Shown here piece by piece: positions 18,811-28,502 of a stretch of DNA of 64,000 nt (the stretch's first letter is position 1; every line of letters begins with the position of its first letter). The notes beneath the pieces were generated by a model, which worked only from the letters and a program-made list of their open reading frames with translations, was not told where the DNA came from and did no database searches. The position numbers and the translations under genes were made by a program. The DNA is from a virus: the IMG/VR virus record IMGVR_UViG_3300029763_000196; one strand, 5' to 3'.

Positions 18811-19038
18811 ATGAGCAAGAATAACCAAGTTATAACGATTTCGCCTCCCATGTTTATCGGGGAGGGAAACAGGAAAGAAAGTATCTCCAGCAAAGGCCAC
18901 CGGTGTAGCTATTGCCACGGTAACGGTTTCTTTTGGGGAGAGGAACAACGGGAACGGGTGAAAGTTGATTGCCCGGTCTGCAAAGGTAGCGGTAAACTCG
19001 ATGCCGTGATAACTATCGAGTGGAAACCTGCAAAATGA
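18811..19038 (+). CDS. small zinc-finger protein (DnaJ-type CxxCxGxG repeats)
   Basis: CSYCHGNG ... CPVCKGSG. Confidence 0.45.
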   Translation: MSKNNQVITISPPMFIGEGNRKESISSKGHRCSYCHGNGFFWGEEQRERVKVDCPVCKGSGKLDAVITIEWKPAK

Positions 19039-19044
19039 TATAGA

Positions 19045-19308
19045 ATGAGCTATATAGATTATACCAGAAGTTCTTCTAATTCTGCATACGAAATGACAGT
19101 GTGTATGACAAAAAAAGAATGCAAGACTTTGCTCCCTTTCTTTAGAACGGCGTATAAAAATATCAGGAAAAAATACGATAGGTATGAAGATATCCATGAA
19201 GGAGGAGAAGCAACGGAAAAACAGGAAAATCTACGAATGAAATACACGGAGGAACTTGGGGATTTGGAGAGTATTATATCAGAAATAGAAACAATTTTAA
19301 AACAGTGA
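19045..19308 (+). CDS. hypothetical protein
   Basis: 87-aa ORF in semi-essential early region. Confidence 0.3.
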   Translation: MSYIDYTRSSSNSAYEMTVCMTKKECKTLLPFFRTAYKNIRKKYDRYEDIHEGGEATEKQENLRMKYTEELGDLESIISEIETILKQ

Positions 19309-19311
19309 GCT

Positions 19312-19728
19312 ATGGGGTATGATTTGATTCCTAAAAAAAATGGTGTTGATAGTAAGCACGGAATGATATTCACTTGGCCGGTCATTTTAAAAGAAACTGG
19401 AGCCGGTTATCTGTTTGGATATGGAACGAATACATTTCAACCGGGAAAATATATATATGACGGTTCCCGTCTTGATGGCAGTCCGGTTAGTAACGATGGA
19501 TTTGATGTATCGAAGGAGGATGCGCTTATTATGGCAAGACTTTTTAAGGGATATGTCTTTGTAAAACGGGGGCTGATTGAAGAATGGGAGAAGATGTCTG
19601 AAAAGGAACAAACTTTAGCTAAATCATTGCTTGGTGAAAAAGCGGCTCCTCCCTCTGAAGAATTTTTGCGGAAAGTAGAAATGTTGGCAGAGTTTTGTGA
19701 ACAGTCTGAAGGATTTAATATATGGTGA
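19312..19728 (+). CDS. hypothetical protein
   Basis: 138-aa ORF. Confidence 0.35.
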   Translation: MGYDLIPKKNGVDSKHGMIFTWPVILKETGAGYLFGYGTNTFQPGKYIYDGSRLDGSPVSNDGFDVSKEDALIMARLFKGYVFVKRGLIEEWEKMSEKEQTLAKSLLGEKAAPPSEEFLRKVEMLAEFCEQSEGFNIW

Positions 19729-19737
19729 AATCTGAAT

Positions 19738-19989
19738 ATGGATTATAACAGAATGGAAATAAACAAGGAACTTTTTCAAATAGGCTTGCCGGTAGCCTCT
19801 TTAAGCACAGTCCTGATGAATTGGACTTGCTTTAACCGACCGGAGAAATTGCTGATCAGCCCGGCCAAGAAAGATGATTGGGCGGTGGTTGAACTCCGGA
19901 ACCCGGAGCTGGCCGCAGCTATCATCAAGGATGTGCCGGAGGCAATGGTAAAAGTAGTACAACAACCTGTAAAAGTCGTGCAAATATGA
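19738..19989 (+). CDS. hypothetical protein
   Basis: 83-aa ORF. Confidence 0.3.
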   Translation: MDYNRMEINKELFQIGLPVASLSTVLMNWTCFNRPEKLLISPAKKDDWAVVELRNPELAAAIIKDVPEAMVKVVQQPVKVVQI

Positions 19990-20255
19990 AAGCGTTATCA
20001 GCATTAAGACAGGTATTCAGCCTGAAAAAGAACGAGGAACTCGGCAGAAAGTTCTCTCCCGAAGAATTGAAACGTATTGTCGATGCCATGAAAGAGTATG
20101 CGGCATCCAAGCTGCAGGAGCAGCGAGCCATTTGTCAGCGTGAATTTGAGTTGGCCTATGACTCCGGCGAAAGTAATTTGGGGACGAACCCGGCCATTAC
20201 CGAATTGTACGTTCTGCAATCCCTAAAAGAGAGTGAAACCCCTGAACTTGATTGA
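19986..20255 (+). CDS. hypothetical protein
   Basis: 89-aa ORF, overlapping starts/stops with neighbours. Confidence 0.3.
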   Translation: MKALSALRQVFSLKKNEELGRKFSPEELKRIVDAMKEYAASKLQEQRAICQREFELAYDSGESNLGTNPAITELYVLQSLKESETPELD

Positions 20256-20680
20256 TTATGGCAAAGACAAACAGTTATTCACGTTTTTGGACGCTGCTGG
20301 CGAAAATGCCCTGTTCTGACAGGGACGGTTTAAAGCTGCAGCTTGTATCCAGCTTTACGAATGGGCGGACGGACTCACTGAGAGAAATGACTTTGAGTGA
20401 ATATAACTCGATGATACGGGAGATGGAGAAGCAGACCGGATCCAGCCGTCCGGTCAGTTACGAGGTTCTGAAAAAGAAACGCTCTGCCGTTCTCCACCAA
20501 ATGCAGTTGATGGGTATTGATACGGCAAATTGGGCGGCGGTGGATAACTTTTGTTTGGGCGTTCGTATCGCAGGAAAGAAATTCAGGGAGTTGTCCGCTG
20601 ATGATTTGGATGCGGTATTGCTCCGGATCCGCTCCATCCGGCAAAAGGATATGCAGAAAGCAAAGAAAGAACTCAATTAA
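20252..20680 (+). CDS. hypothetical protein
   Basis: 142-aa ORF. Confidence 0.35.
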   Translation: MIMAKTNSYSRFWTLLAKMPCSDRDGLKLQLVSSFTNGRTDSLREMTLSEYNSMIREMEKQTGSSRPVSYEVLKKKRSAVLHQMQLMGIDTANWAAVDNFCLGVRIAGKKFRELSADDLDAVLLRIRSIRQKDMQKAKKELN

Positions 20681-20711
20681 CTTATTTATAAACCATTTAA
20701 AATGTGATATT

Positions 20712-21380
20712 ATGGCACAGATTGAAGAAAAGCAGACTGTTGAAATGACGGCAGAGGAAAAGGCTCAATTCGAGGCTTTCCGTAAAGAAAAGGCCAAAAA
20801 AGAGACTCAGGAAAAGGCGAAAGCCGAACGTGAAACGTACCGCCAAATGGTGGATGATGAAGTGAACAGCGCAATCCCGGTACTCCTCTCCTTGAGTGAG
20901 GATATCAAGGAAACCAAAAAGACGGTGCTGGAGAACTTTAAGAGTATCCTTGACATGAAATGCGAGGTTCTGAAAGTCGTAAAGGATGACCAGCGCAGCC
21001 ATACCTTTACCAATTCGGAGGGAACCAAGCGCATCACTCTCGGAGTGTACGTGACGGACGGCTACCGTGACACGGTGGAGGACGGCATCGTGATCGTGAA
21101 AGAATACATCGAGAGCCTCGCCGACAATGCTAAAACGAAATCACTCGTGAGCATGGTTTTGAAGTTGCTGGCACGTGATGCCAAAGGCACGTTAAAAGCC
21201 AGTCGTATCGTCCAGCTTCGCAAAATTGCAGAGGAAAGCAACAATGACCGTTTCATGGAGGGTGTCCGCATCATTGAGGAGGCATACCAGCCAGCGATCA
21301 GCAAACAGTTTGTGAGAGCGGAAATGAAGAACGGGGACGGTATGTGGGTGACCATTCCTCTGGGTATGACAGAAGCATAA
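20712..21380 (+). CDS. DUF3164-like Mu-like prophage protein
   Basis: start taken at ATG 20712 (MAQIEEKQ), the track ORF from 20517 overlaps the previous gene; acidic coiled N-terminus then conserved core typical of DUF3164 in Mu-like phages (family recall, moderate). Confidence 0.4.
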   Translation: MAQIEEKQTVEMTAEEKAQFEAFRKEKAKKETQEKAKAERETYRQMVDDEVNSAIPVLLSLSEDIKETKKTVLENFKSILDMKCEVLKVVKDDQRSHTFTNSEGTKRITLGVYVTDGYRDTVEDGIVIVKEYIESLADNAKTKSLVSMVLKLLARDAKGTLKASRIVQLRKIAEESNNDRFMEGVRIIEEAYQPAISKQFVRAEMKNGDGMWVTIPLGMTEA

Positions 21381-21392
21381 GGAGGGACGGTC

Positions 21393-21677
21393 ATGATATA
21401 CAAAGTTCAATTCCAAATCCACCGCAGAGGTTACCGCAAGCTCCGGCTTGAGGGTTTGTACGTGCCGGAAACGGGTGTCGAGATGTCGGTTCCTGAAATG
21501 AAACGTGACGTTACCGAGTTCATCAAACGCCAGCTTTCCAGCCGGAACAAGGAATTTGAGAATTTTCAGGTGGAACTGACGGTTTTCAAAAAGCTCAAAA
21601 CCGATTTCATGTATCACCCGAAATCAAGTGAAGAATTAACCGTAATAAAGGAGGAATCAGATGGAACAGACGAATAA
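21393..21677 (+). CDS. hypothetical protein
   Basis: 94-aa ORF. Confidence 0.3.
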   Translation: MIYKVQFQIHRRGYRKLRLEGLYVPETGVEMSVPEMKRDVTEFIKRQLSSRNKEFENFQVELTVFKKLKTDFMYHPKSSEELTVIKEESDGTDE

Positions 21678-21903
21678 TGCGAAAGCCCGGTATATTCCCA
21701 CCCGTGTGGCTGTATGCAAGCGTTGCGAGGGAAAAGGCGTTGTATTCGAGTACAGCGATGAGAACAGGACAAAGGTATCCGGATCCTGCCAATGTCCGAC
21801 CTGCCTCGGATCCGGCAGAGTGAAAGTGACCAGCTCGGTGATAACCACTATAAAGCCGTTCGTTCCGGGTAAGGATGACAAAGAGGGTATGCTTGCAATG
21901 TAA
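21661..21903 (+). CDS. small zinc-finger protein (CxxCxGxG x2)
   Basis: CKRCEGKG ... CPTCLGSG. Confidence 0.4.
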   Translation: MEQTNNAKARYIPTRVAVCKRCEGKGVVFEYSDENRTKVSGSCQCPTCLGSGRVKVTSSVITTIKPFVPGKDDKEGMLAM

Positions 21904-21925
21904 AAGCCCTTTAATCAATAATAAA

Positions 21926-21962
21926 AGTCCGCTGAAATCCTAATTTTCAGCAGACTTTTTTC
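21926..21962 (+). terminator. rho-independent terminator ending the rightward early operon
   Basis: AGTCCGCTGAAA / TTTCAGCAGACT stem (1 mismatch) followed by TTTTTT. Confidence 0.5.
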
Positions 21963-22010
21963 GTACTATGGTGCAAATAATGTACCTTTGTATTAAGTAA
22001 TCAAATCAAT

Positions 22011-22358
22011 ATGCAGGAGCAGCTCGTAATACCGTTTTTTTGCCCGGAAATAGAGAAAGCCGGTAACCGCCGCAGAACACGCACGGTTGCCTCCTCCGAT
22101 GCTGCCATCACCTCCCGCCGTGACCGCCTCGAAAAGCGGAACCGCATCATGACCGCCCGTTATTACTATTGGACTGAGATCAAACGCCGCCGCTTCGATG
22201 ACGTGCTGAGAATCCTTTCCGATAACGAGTTCTTTGTCGAAGAGCGAACCATCAGCAACACGCTGGTGGAACAGGATGATTTTTACAATGAACTCCTGCG
22301 TTCCAAAGCATCCACCCGCAAGCTCAAAGCGATGTTTCCCGGCTTTGATTGGAACTAA
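22011..22358 (+). CDS. hypothetical protein
   Basis: 115-aa ORF. Confidence 0.3.
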   Translation: MQEQLVIPFFCPEIEKAGNRRRTRTVASSDAAITSRRDRLEKRNRIMTARYYYWTEIKRRRFDDVLRILSDNEFFVEERTISNTLVEQDDFYNELLRSKASTRKLKAMFPGFDWN

Positions 22359-22786
22359 TCCATAAACTCGGTTTCATAAATCACGTTATAGACTTTCAGA
22401 CCGTCCGCTCTTTTTTCCGGCGCACCCCGGAGGCGGCGCATCGGGTTGAAAAGGTTCCCCCCGTTCCACCATTGCAAAGCCTCGTGTATCTTATCCAACG
22501 TGTCCATGCAGGAGAGAGCGTGTTCCCTGACAAGTTTAGGGGCTGCCGCATTTGTACTCCCTCCGGCTTGAAAGGCCACCCTGAGTTGTATTTGCGCCTT
22601 TATCTTTTGCCGTCCACCCATGTGGGTTTCGCAGGACGGGTAAGATATATCTATCAGGCAGCACGGGAAAGCCACAGCAGGCCGCTCTCCCGTGTTAAGT
22701 TGTCCCTCCTCGGCATCTATCCACCGGAGCCCGGGTACTTCTGTTTTCAGCCGGTCACAAACGGCAATAAAAATTTCTTTGTTCAT
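22355..22786 (-). CDS. hypothetical virion/morphogenesis protein
   Basis: 143-aa ORF at the end of the leftward head operon. Confidence 0.3.
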   Translation of the reverse strand: MNKEIFIAVCDRLKTEVPGLRWIDAEEGQLNTGERPAVAFPCCLIDISYPSCETHMGGRQKIKAQIQLRVAFQAGGSTNAAAPKLVREHALSCMDTLDKIHEALQWWNGGNLFNPMRRLRGAPEKRADGLKVYNVIYETEFMD

Positions 22787-22788
22787 AG

Positions 22789-23334
22789 CTATTCATTGTT
22801 AAGTGAGTCAATATATCCCTCTATCCGTGCGTGTATCTGCTCGTTCAATTCTTCGGAATCTCCCATGAATTCACGTTTCGGGATGTTAGTTTTCCGGGTG
22901 TGCGCCTTGACCGGTACATCTTTCCGTTTTGTTTTCCGGGTGTGTGCCGGTACGGGTACTATACCTTTGAATCCCTCGTTGTGTACCTGAGCGTAATCTA
23001 CCTTTTCATTCCCTGCAGAGATAACCACCCGCTGGGGAGTTATCACCGCCGGTCTGATACTGTTCACCAGCGCACCGGAGTCAATCAGCAGGGAACCGGT
23101 TGTTTTCGGTACTTTTGCCGGAGTCCACGGGTTCCCGTCAAATGCTTTCTTCTTGAAAGCTGATTTATAGTATTCCGTGGCCGTTTCCGCCACGATTTCT
23201 GCCGCATCGGAGATTATCTCCTCCGGGAGCGATTGCAGATAATTATTTAATTCTTTGATATTCATATTGAAATAATTTTGTATATTTGCTTCCGTAAGCA
23301 TATCGCTCCGGGGATGAATCGAATATGCCAACAC
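22789..23334 (-). CDS. Mu G-like virion morphogenesis protein
   Basis: position after portal/F gene and weak family resemblance; contains internal duplicated peptide P.(P/K)AHTRKT. Confidence 0.4.
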   Translation of the reverse strand: MLAYSIHPRSDMLTEANIQNYFNMNIKELNNYLQSLPEEIISDAAEIVAETATEYYKSAFKKKAFDGNPWTPAKVPKTTGSLLIDSGALVNSIRPAVITPQRVVISAGNEKVDYAQVHNEGFKGIVPVPAHTRKTKRKDVPVKAHTRKTNIPKREFMGDSEELNEQIHARIEGYIDSLNNE

Positions 23335-23427
23335 CTGACGGATGACGGGGGCATCAAAAAGTCCGGGCTTTATACGGCGGAGCGGGATGTTAATCCGTAT
23401 ATAAAAGGAGGTTCTCAGAGCCTCCTT

Positions 23428-25962
23428 TTACTTTTTGATAAGCAGCCCACGGCGATATCTCCATCGTGGATCTATCTTTCTGCTCCTGCGGCCTTTCACC
23501 TTGATGTTGGCGTTTTGTTCTATCTCGAACCATGTCGTGACCTGATAGAGCGTTCCGTTCTTGACCTCGCAAACCACGTTAATCACCTTATCCTCGTAAA
23601 ACTTGATAAAGTTCAGGTTGTCGAACTTCTTTTGATAGTCGTTTATCCATACCTCGTCCGGGTTTTTAAGCACGTCCGGGATGCACTCCACGAGAGGAAC
23701 ACGAGCCTCCTCGTATTTCTTTGTGGTGTGGCGTTTGAACACCTCCTCCGTAAGTTGCACCTTCCGGCCTTTGTAGTCATCCATCACCTGATGCGAATCC
23801 CTCCACTGGTTCGGATCCCCGGCAAACACCGGTGCTTTTTCGGTCGCTGCCGCCGCTTTCTTTCCAAAGGACTCCAGCCCGTAATCATTATAATGCAGGT
23901 CACCCAGCAAGGAGGCGGCTTTATCGGGAAACTTGCGGATATAATGCTGGTTCTTGGAAAACACCTCAGCCGTTTCTCCCCGGTTTGAATCCCAGCCCTG
24001 AGCCTCGTTCATTTTCCATTCACTCGTACCGAGGTATTCATCGACAATGGCACGCATGGCGTTGATGTCTATACCCTCTACCTCGTGTTTCATGAGCGGA
24101 ACCACCCGGCAACGGCATTTCCAGCCATTGGGCGGGAATATCTTTTTCCACCGTGGATCATTGGCCGGTAATATCACCCCGTCCAGCTTCCGGTGTTCCT
24201 CCCTTACCTTTTCATCCCCGGCAGTGACATATTTCCAATAAGGGAACATTTTCGTTTTTCCCATGAGCCGGTGGTAATTGCTGGCGGACTCCGCCGTTAG
24301 TACCGCCGTTTCGTATTCCGTCTTTTGCCACGTTTTATTGAACGTGCCACATATCTGCTCTGCTTTTTTGGAGAACTCCTGAAAATTACCGCTCTCCCTG
24401 AACGCCTTGTTCAGCTCCTGAATTTCCGCCAGCGTCTTACCGGCGGAGAAATGAAACAGGTTCATCTCCAAAGCGGTGATAAAAGCGTCATCCTGCAGGC
24501 CGTATGCGAATCTTACATCCGCATGGTTCATTGAACGTTTGAACGCACTTTGAACACCGCTCAAAAAGTCGGTAGCAATAAAGGAGAACAACTCCGCATC
24601 GAACTTCCCGGTTTCGCCGTTTGCAATCCTTGCGGCCAGCTTTTCCGACATCGGAGCGTTATCATTCAGCCTGATGGGGGCTTTTCCAATGGATGCCCCG
24701 ACCTGCGGGGCTTGCACGAAAAAATCCCATAAGCGCATAAAGAAATTACGGTCTGCATTACTGATTGTGTCCTCCTCCGAATCCTCTCCTATATCGAACT
24801 GAGCGGCCTGAGAGGAGGCACGTTTTGCGACCGGCTCCCCGTCTTTAGGCACGGGAATCGAATATTTTTCATGCAGGTAGCTCTGCGGGATATCCATGAT
24901 GTCGGAGAGCTGCACCACCTCGGCAACGGAGAGCTGCTCCGCCGCTTTTGGGAAAATGAACTTTCCGCCAGCAACGGGATACCCTCTCGCCTCCAGCATG
25001 GGGAGTACCTTTTGGTTGAGGACACGCTGTACGTACCGGAGGTCAGATTTATTCTTTCCCTCCTCTACCTCCTTGTGAACCTCACCCAATGAACGTGCGC
25101 CTTTCTCTCCCTGTACGGTGGTCATGGTTTGTCCGAGGATAGTGATCAGCATCTCCTCGTTGTTGGCCTGCCGGAATTCGTTGTACGAGGATCCTGAACC
25201 CGTTCCGCCCTCTTTGGTTTCCACATCCGCCTCTTTTGGGATGACCACATACGGTGCGGATCCGGCTTTATCGAAAGCCTCCTCCAGCAGCTTGCGGCTC
25301 TCCGGATCATACGTGTTGTATTTACCGATGCGCTGGGGCATCCCGAAAAGTTCGATCCATTGTGACCAATCCCCAAAGCCTCCACGTTTGTAGATGGCAT
25401 AGGGAGCCGCCTTGAGTAACAAACCGAAATCCCGGTCTTTGCCGAGAATGAGCAGCTGTGAATCTCCCTCGTATGGTATGCCTATTTCGTCCGTGTCCTG
25501 CCGGAGGATTGTGCGGTTTTTCAGGTTGATATGCTTTGCCGGAATCGGTTCCACGTTGAAACCGTCATTAAAGGTCATTTCAATGCCTGAACGCCCGTAT
25601 ATTTTCTTTTTCAGGATTTCAGTCAGCAGATCCTCCCATGCGGTGGTGTCCATCAGGTCTGCGATCTCCTCCACTTCCTCCCCAGCCGCATTTTGGAAAG
25701 TAAGCTCCGAGTTCGTGACCGCATCGATACGCTTTTGAACGGCATCGCTCAAAACGCCGTCAATCATGATATCATCAAGCAGGTCATAAAGCTGCTTTGT
25801 TCGTCCATTGTCTGCAGAGGAGAGAGCCGTCCGCCAATTCCCCACGTCATACACTTTCCGCTGGGGAGCCTTGACTACGATCTGATGGATGACCAGCTGC
25901 TCCTTTGATTTTGCCCCGGTATTTGTCGTGGCCGTCTTTTTTTTCTTGTTCGCCATAGTCAT
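23428..25962 (-). CDS. portal protein (Mu gp29/DUF935-like) fused to MuF-like head morphogenesis domain, with ~270-aa C-terminal extension
   Basis: 844 aa; MuF/SPP1-gp7 motif EHRKLDGVILPANDPRWKKIFPPNGWKCRCRVVPL around residue 560; downstream of large terminase. Confidence 0.65.
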   Translation of the reverse strand: MTMANKKKKTATTNTGAKSKEQLVIHQIVVKAPQRKVYDVGNWRTALSSADNGRTKQLYDLLDDIMIDGVLSDAVQKRIDAVTNSELTFQNAAGEEVEEIADLMDTTAWEDLLTEILKKKIYGRSGIEMTFNDGFNVEPIPAKHINLKNRTILRQDTDEIGIPYEGDSQLLILGKDRDFGLLLKAAPYAIYKRGGFGDWSQWIELFGMPQRIGKYNTYDPESRKLLEEAFDKAGSAPYVVIPKEADVETKEGGTGSGSSYNEFRQANNEEMLITILGQTMTTVQGEKGARSLGEVHKEVEEGKNKSDLRYVQRVLNQKVLPMLEARGYPVAGGKFIFPKAAEQLSVAEVVQLSDIMDIPQSYLHEKYSIPVPKDGEPVAKRASSQAAQFDIGEDSEEDTISNADRNFFMRLWDFFVQAPQVGASIGKAPIRLNDNAPMSEKLAARIANGETGKFDAELFSFIATDFLSGVQSAFKRSMNHADVRFAYGLQDDAFITALEMNLFHFSAGKTLAEIQELNKAFRESGNFQEFSKKAEQICGTFNKTWQKTEYETAVLTAESASNYHRLMGKTKMFPYWKYVTAGDEKVREEHRKLDGVILPANDPRWKKIFPPNGWKCRCRVVPLMKHEVEGIDINAMRAIVDEYLGTSEWKMNEAQGWDSNRGETAEVFSKNQHYIRKFPDKAASLLGDLHYNDYGLESFGKKAAAATEKAPVFAGDPNQWRDSHQVMDDYKGRKVQLTEEVFKRHTTKKYEEARVPLVECIPDVLKNPDEVWINDYQKKFDNLNFIKFYEDKVINVVCEVKNGTLYQVTTWFEIEQNANIKVKGRRSRKIDPRWRYRRGLLIKK

Positions 25963-25965
25963 ATA

Positions 25966-26391
25966 TTAAAAATGTTGATTACGCTTGGGATTGCTCCCGT
26001 AGATATATTCACCTGCAGTATCCGGTTTCCCGTCACCGTCCTCGTCTATAATGGGGAGGTTAGGCTTAATGTCTGATTTCTGTACTTGCCTGAGCCATGC
26101 CACGGCACGCTCGTACCTATCCTGCCGGAGCTGCAGGTCAGTACCGGCATTGCATAGGTTCACGAAATGCCACACGGCTATGTCCTTTACAAAAATGAGC
26201 AGGAGGGCGTTTCTTTGGCTCCCTGTGGCCTCGAAAATCTTTTTGCGGTCATACGCACCAAGATATCCGTATGCTTCCTGTACGGCAGCGTCTATGGCTG
26301 CCGTGAGGATTGTTTCATCCTCCCTGCTGATAGCCTCTATATTCTCTTTATAGAGGTGCGTTTCCAATTCTTTGGGTGTGATAAATGCCAT
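25966..26391 (-). CDS. Mu gp36-like (DUF1320) head protein
   Basis: size and position between TerL and portal as in Mu-like phages. Confidence 0.35.
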   Translation of the reverse strand: MAFITPKELETHLYKENIEAISREDETILTAAIDAAVQEAYGYLGAYDRKKIFEATGSQRNALLLIFVKDIAVWHFVNLCNAGTDLQLRQDRYERAVAWLRQVQKSDIKPNLPIIDEDGDGKPDTAGEYIYGSNPKRNQHF

Positions 26392-26393
26392 GA

Positions 26394-27914
26394 TTAAAAT
26401 CTCTTTTTATTGGTTACACGTGCGCCCACGGTGTAGGATCCAGCCGAGAGCGTGCTTATCTTTTGGTTGATGATCCACACGCCACCCTCGATGCAGTCCA
26501 CGCCGTCAGCGGGTGATTTCATAGCTCGGTTGATGAGCAGGAACTGCTCCTCCAGCCTTTTCATGTGCGGATTATCCTTTTCGTCAATGTTGAGGATGAG
26601 TTGTCCTCGCCGGTTGATCGGCTCAAGGTTTCCCTCGATACGGTCAAACTTTTCCGGTTTCTTCCGGGTATCCGGTATGATCCCGATAAATCCGAGTTGT
26701 TTTCCTTTCTCGCTAAATAGCGGAACGAACACCTGTTCGTAGAAAGGATCCTGCAGTTTGTTATTTTCGATGTAATTATATACCTGCGTTTTTTGTCCCA
26801 CGTAATCCCGGAGATAATAATACCAGTTCACGTACTCCTCGTTTACCACGTGGTCAAGATAACCGGTATAAACATAGAATCGACCGTCATAATACCCGAT
26901 AAGGAAACAGGCTTTGAAAGAGGTGGCCTTGTTCTTTGAGTTGGACGGAGCCGGATCCCCGTAAACAACGGCAAACTGCAGCTTTGAGAGCGGCGGGCAT
27001 TTGCCCCATACCATTTCTTTGAACGTGTCACCCTCGGAGAGCGGGTTGTTCATGTATTCTTGCTGGAACGCCTTTGTGCTGATTTTGGACTGGATACGGT
27101 TAATGCGTTCCTCCGTGTTCTTTTCCGGCCAGCTGGATTTGCCATCCTTGTCCCGGATGTTCACGATATCCCAATGGTCAGCTTTATCACCGGCACGTTT
27201 CACGCAGCAGTCAAGAGCGATCAGGTTTCCGCAGAATATCACCAGCAAATCCTCGCTGATGGATCGGGTTGGAAACAGAGCCTCCTCGAACCATTCCCAT
27301 TTCTTTTTCAGGATGTCCGGGTTCCTGCAGTCCGCATCCGTATCGAAGTCATCCACGAGAGCCGTGTCCGGACGAACAGCGTCCTTTCTTGTTCCACGAG
27401 GTGACTCCAGCGCACCGATAGCCCGGAATGTTGCCCCGGTAGTGAGAGTGAATTCATCTGCCGTCCAGCTCCCGAACTCCCTCAAGTCGCCGTAATACGC
27501 CTTTAACATGGAATTGCTCTCAAAGGCTTTTTTGTACGGTTCTAATAGTCGGACTGCGTTCTCGTGACTGTTTGATATAAGCAGCACGTTCCTTTTCTTC
27601 CCGGTCAGCACGAGGTACATCATACACATGAACACGATGGTGGATTTTGCCAGCTCACGTGACCACGAGAGAACCTCGTACCATTCCATATTCGTGGTGA
27701 TGCGTTTGATTGCCTTTTTGTGGAACTTGGTAAAGGGGTACTTTGCGAACTCCGAGAAAAAGAACAGGATCCATTCGATGACGTTCGCCTCCAGCTTTTC
27801 CAGCTTCTTTTTTCGTTCCACCGGCGAGAGGTTGTCGGCGGCTTTGTCCCTTTTGAGTGAACGGTGGTATTCAGTCCACTCCTTGTATGCCTGAATATCA
27901 TCTATTTTACCCAT
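26394..27914 (-). CDS. terminase large subunit
   Basis: 506 aa, ATPase-like N-terminal region and nuclease-like C-terminal region (VVYGDPAPS..., acidic residues), adjacent to small subunit and portal. Confidence 0.65.
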   Translation of the reverse strand: MGKIDDIQAYKEWTEYHRSLKRDKAADNLSPVERKKKLEKLEANVIEWILFFFSEFAKYPFTKFHKKAIKRITTNMEWYEVLSWSRELAKSTIVFMCMMYLVLTGKKRNVLLISNSHENAVRLLEPYKKAFESNSMLKAYYGDLREFGSWTADEFTLTTGATFRAIGALESPRGTRKDAVRPDTALVDDFDTDADCRNPDILKKKWEWFEEALFPTRSISEDLLVIFCGNLIALDCCVKRAGDKADHWDIVNIRDKDGKSSWPEKNTEERINRIQSKISTKAFQQEYMNNPLSEGDTFKEMVWGKCPPLSKLQFAVVYGDPAPSNSKNKATSFKACFLIGYYDGRFYVYTGYLDHVVNEEYVNWYYYLRDYVGQKTQVYNYIENNKLQDPFYEQVFVPLFSEKGKQLGFIGIIPDTRKKPEKFDRIEGNLEPINRRGQLILNIDEKDNPHMKRLEEQFLLINRAMKSPADGVDCIEGGVWIINQKISTLSAGSYTVGARVTNKKRF

Positions 27915-28354
27915 TTCATTTTCTCCTTTATGTACGCATCGAAATAATCACTCAACTCCTTTGCCCTTTCGAGATCCTGCTGTCGGAGCCAATCGAGCAG
28001 CCCACGGGACACGTTGTATATATCCCTGATGGAGGCGTCCTGTTCCAATGCCTCAAGGTCAGCCGTCAGTTTGCGCCGTATATCGGCCTCCGCCGCTGAG
28101 GGATACCGTTTCCCCTCCTCTTTGCCTGCGATGGAGCGGTCGAGTTCATCCAGCTGCGTGAGCGTGGAGCTGATCCGTTCCTCCCGTGTCTGCAGGAGGT
28201 TGAGCTTTAAACCCTCCCATTCCTTAACCCATTTGTTCACCGTGACACGGGAAACACCTACCCGGTCGGCAATTTCCTGCTGGGTGATGTTCTCTTTGAG
28301 ATACATCAATTTCGCCCATTCTTTCCGTTGATTTGCTTTCAGTTCTTCCGCCAT
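27902..28354 (-). CDS. terminase small subunit-like DNA-binding protein (Mu gp27-like)
   Basis: HTH ITQQEIADRVGVSRVTVNKWVKEW followed by coiled coil; overlaps TerL start. Confidence 0.5.
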   Translation of the reverse strand: MAEELKANQRKEWAKLMYLKENITQQEIADRVGVSRVTVNKWVKEWEGLKLNLLQTREERISSTLTQLDELDRSIAGKEEGKRYPSAAEADIRRKLTADLEALEQDASIRDIYNVSRGLLDWLRQQDLERAKELSDYFDAYIKEKMKWVK

Positions 28355-28502
28355 AATTGTATCATTTTATAGCCCAAAGGTAAAGCCTTGCGGTGAGTGA
28401 AAATAATTGGTTTGTAATGGTTTACGTTTAAACTGAAATGGCTGCGGTTTAAGTTGAAACGGTTACAGGCCGATTTGTACAGCCCGTTTTTTACCCTGAA
28501 TT

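Noticed and set aside
20517-20711. 287-aa reading of ORF 20517..21380
   Set aside because: The first 65 codons overlap gene 20252..20680 in another frame. The internal ATG at 20712 begins the conserved part, so the shorter start was used.
22889-22960. 18-bp direct repeat GTTTTCCGGGTGTG(C/T)GCC inside gene 22789..23334
   Set aside because: It is a coding-sequence duplication producing a repeated PxAHTRKT peptide. It is not an independent regulatory or mobile feature.
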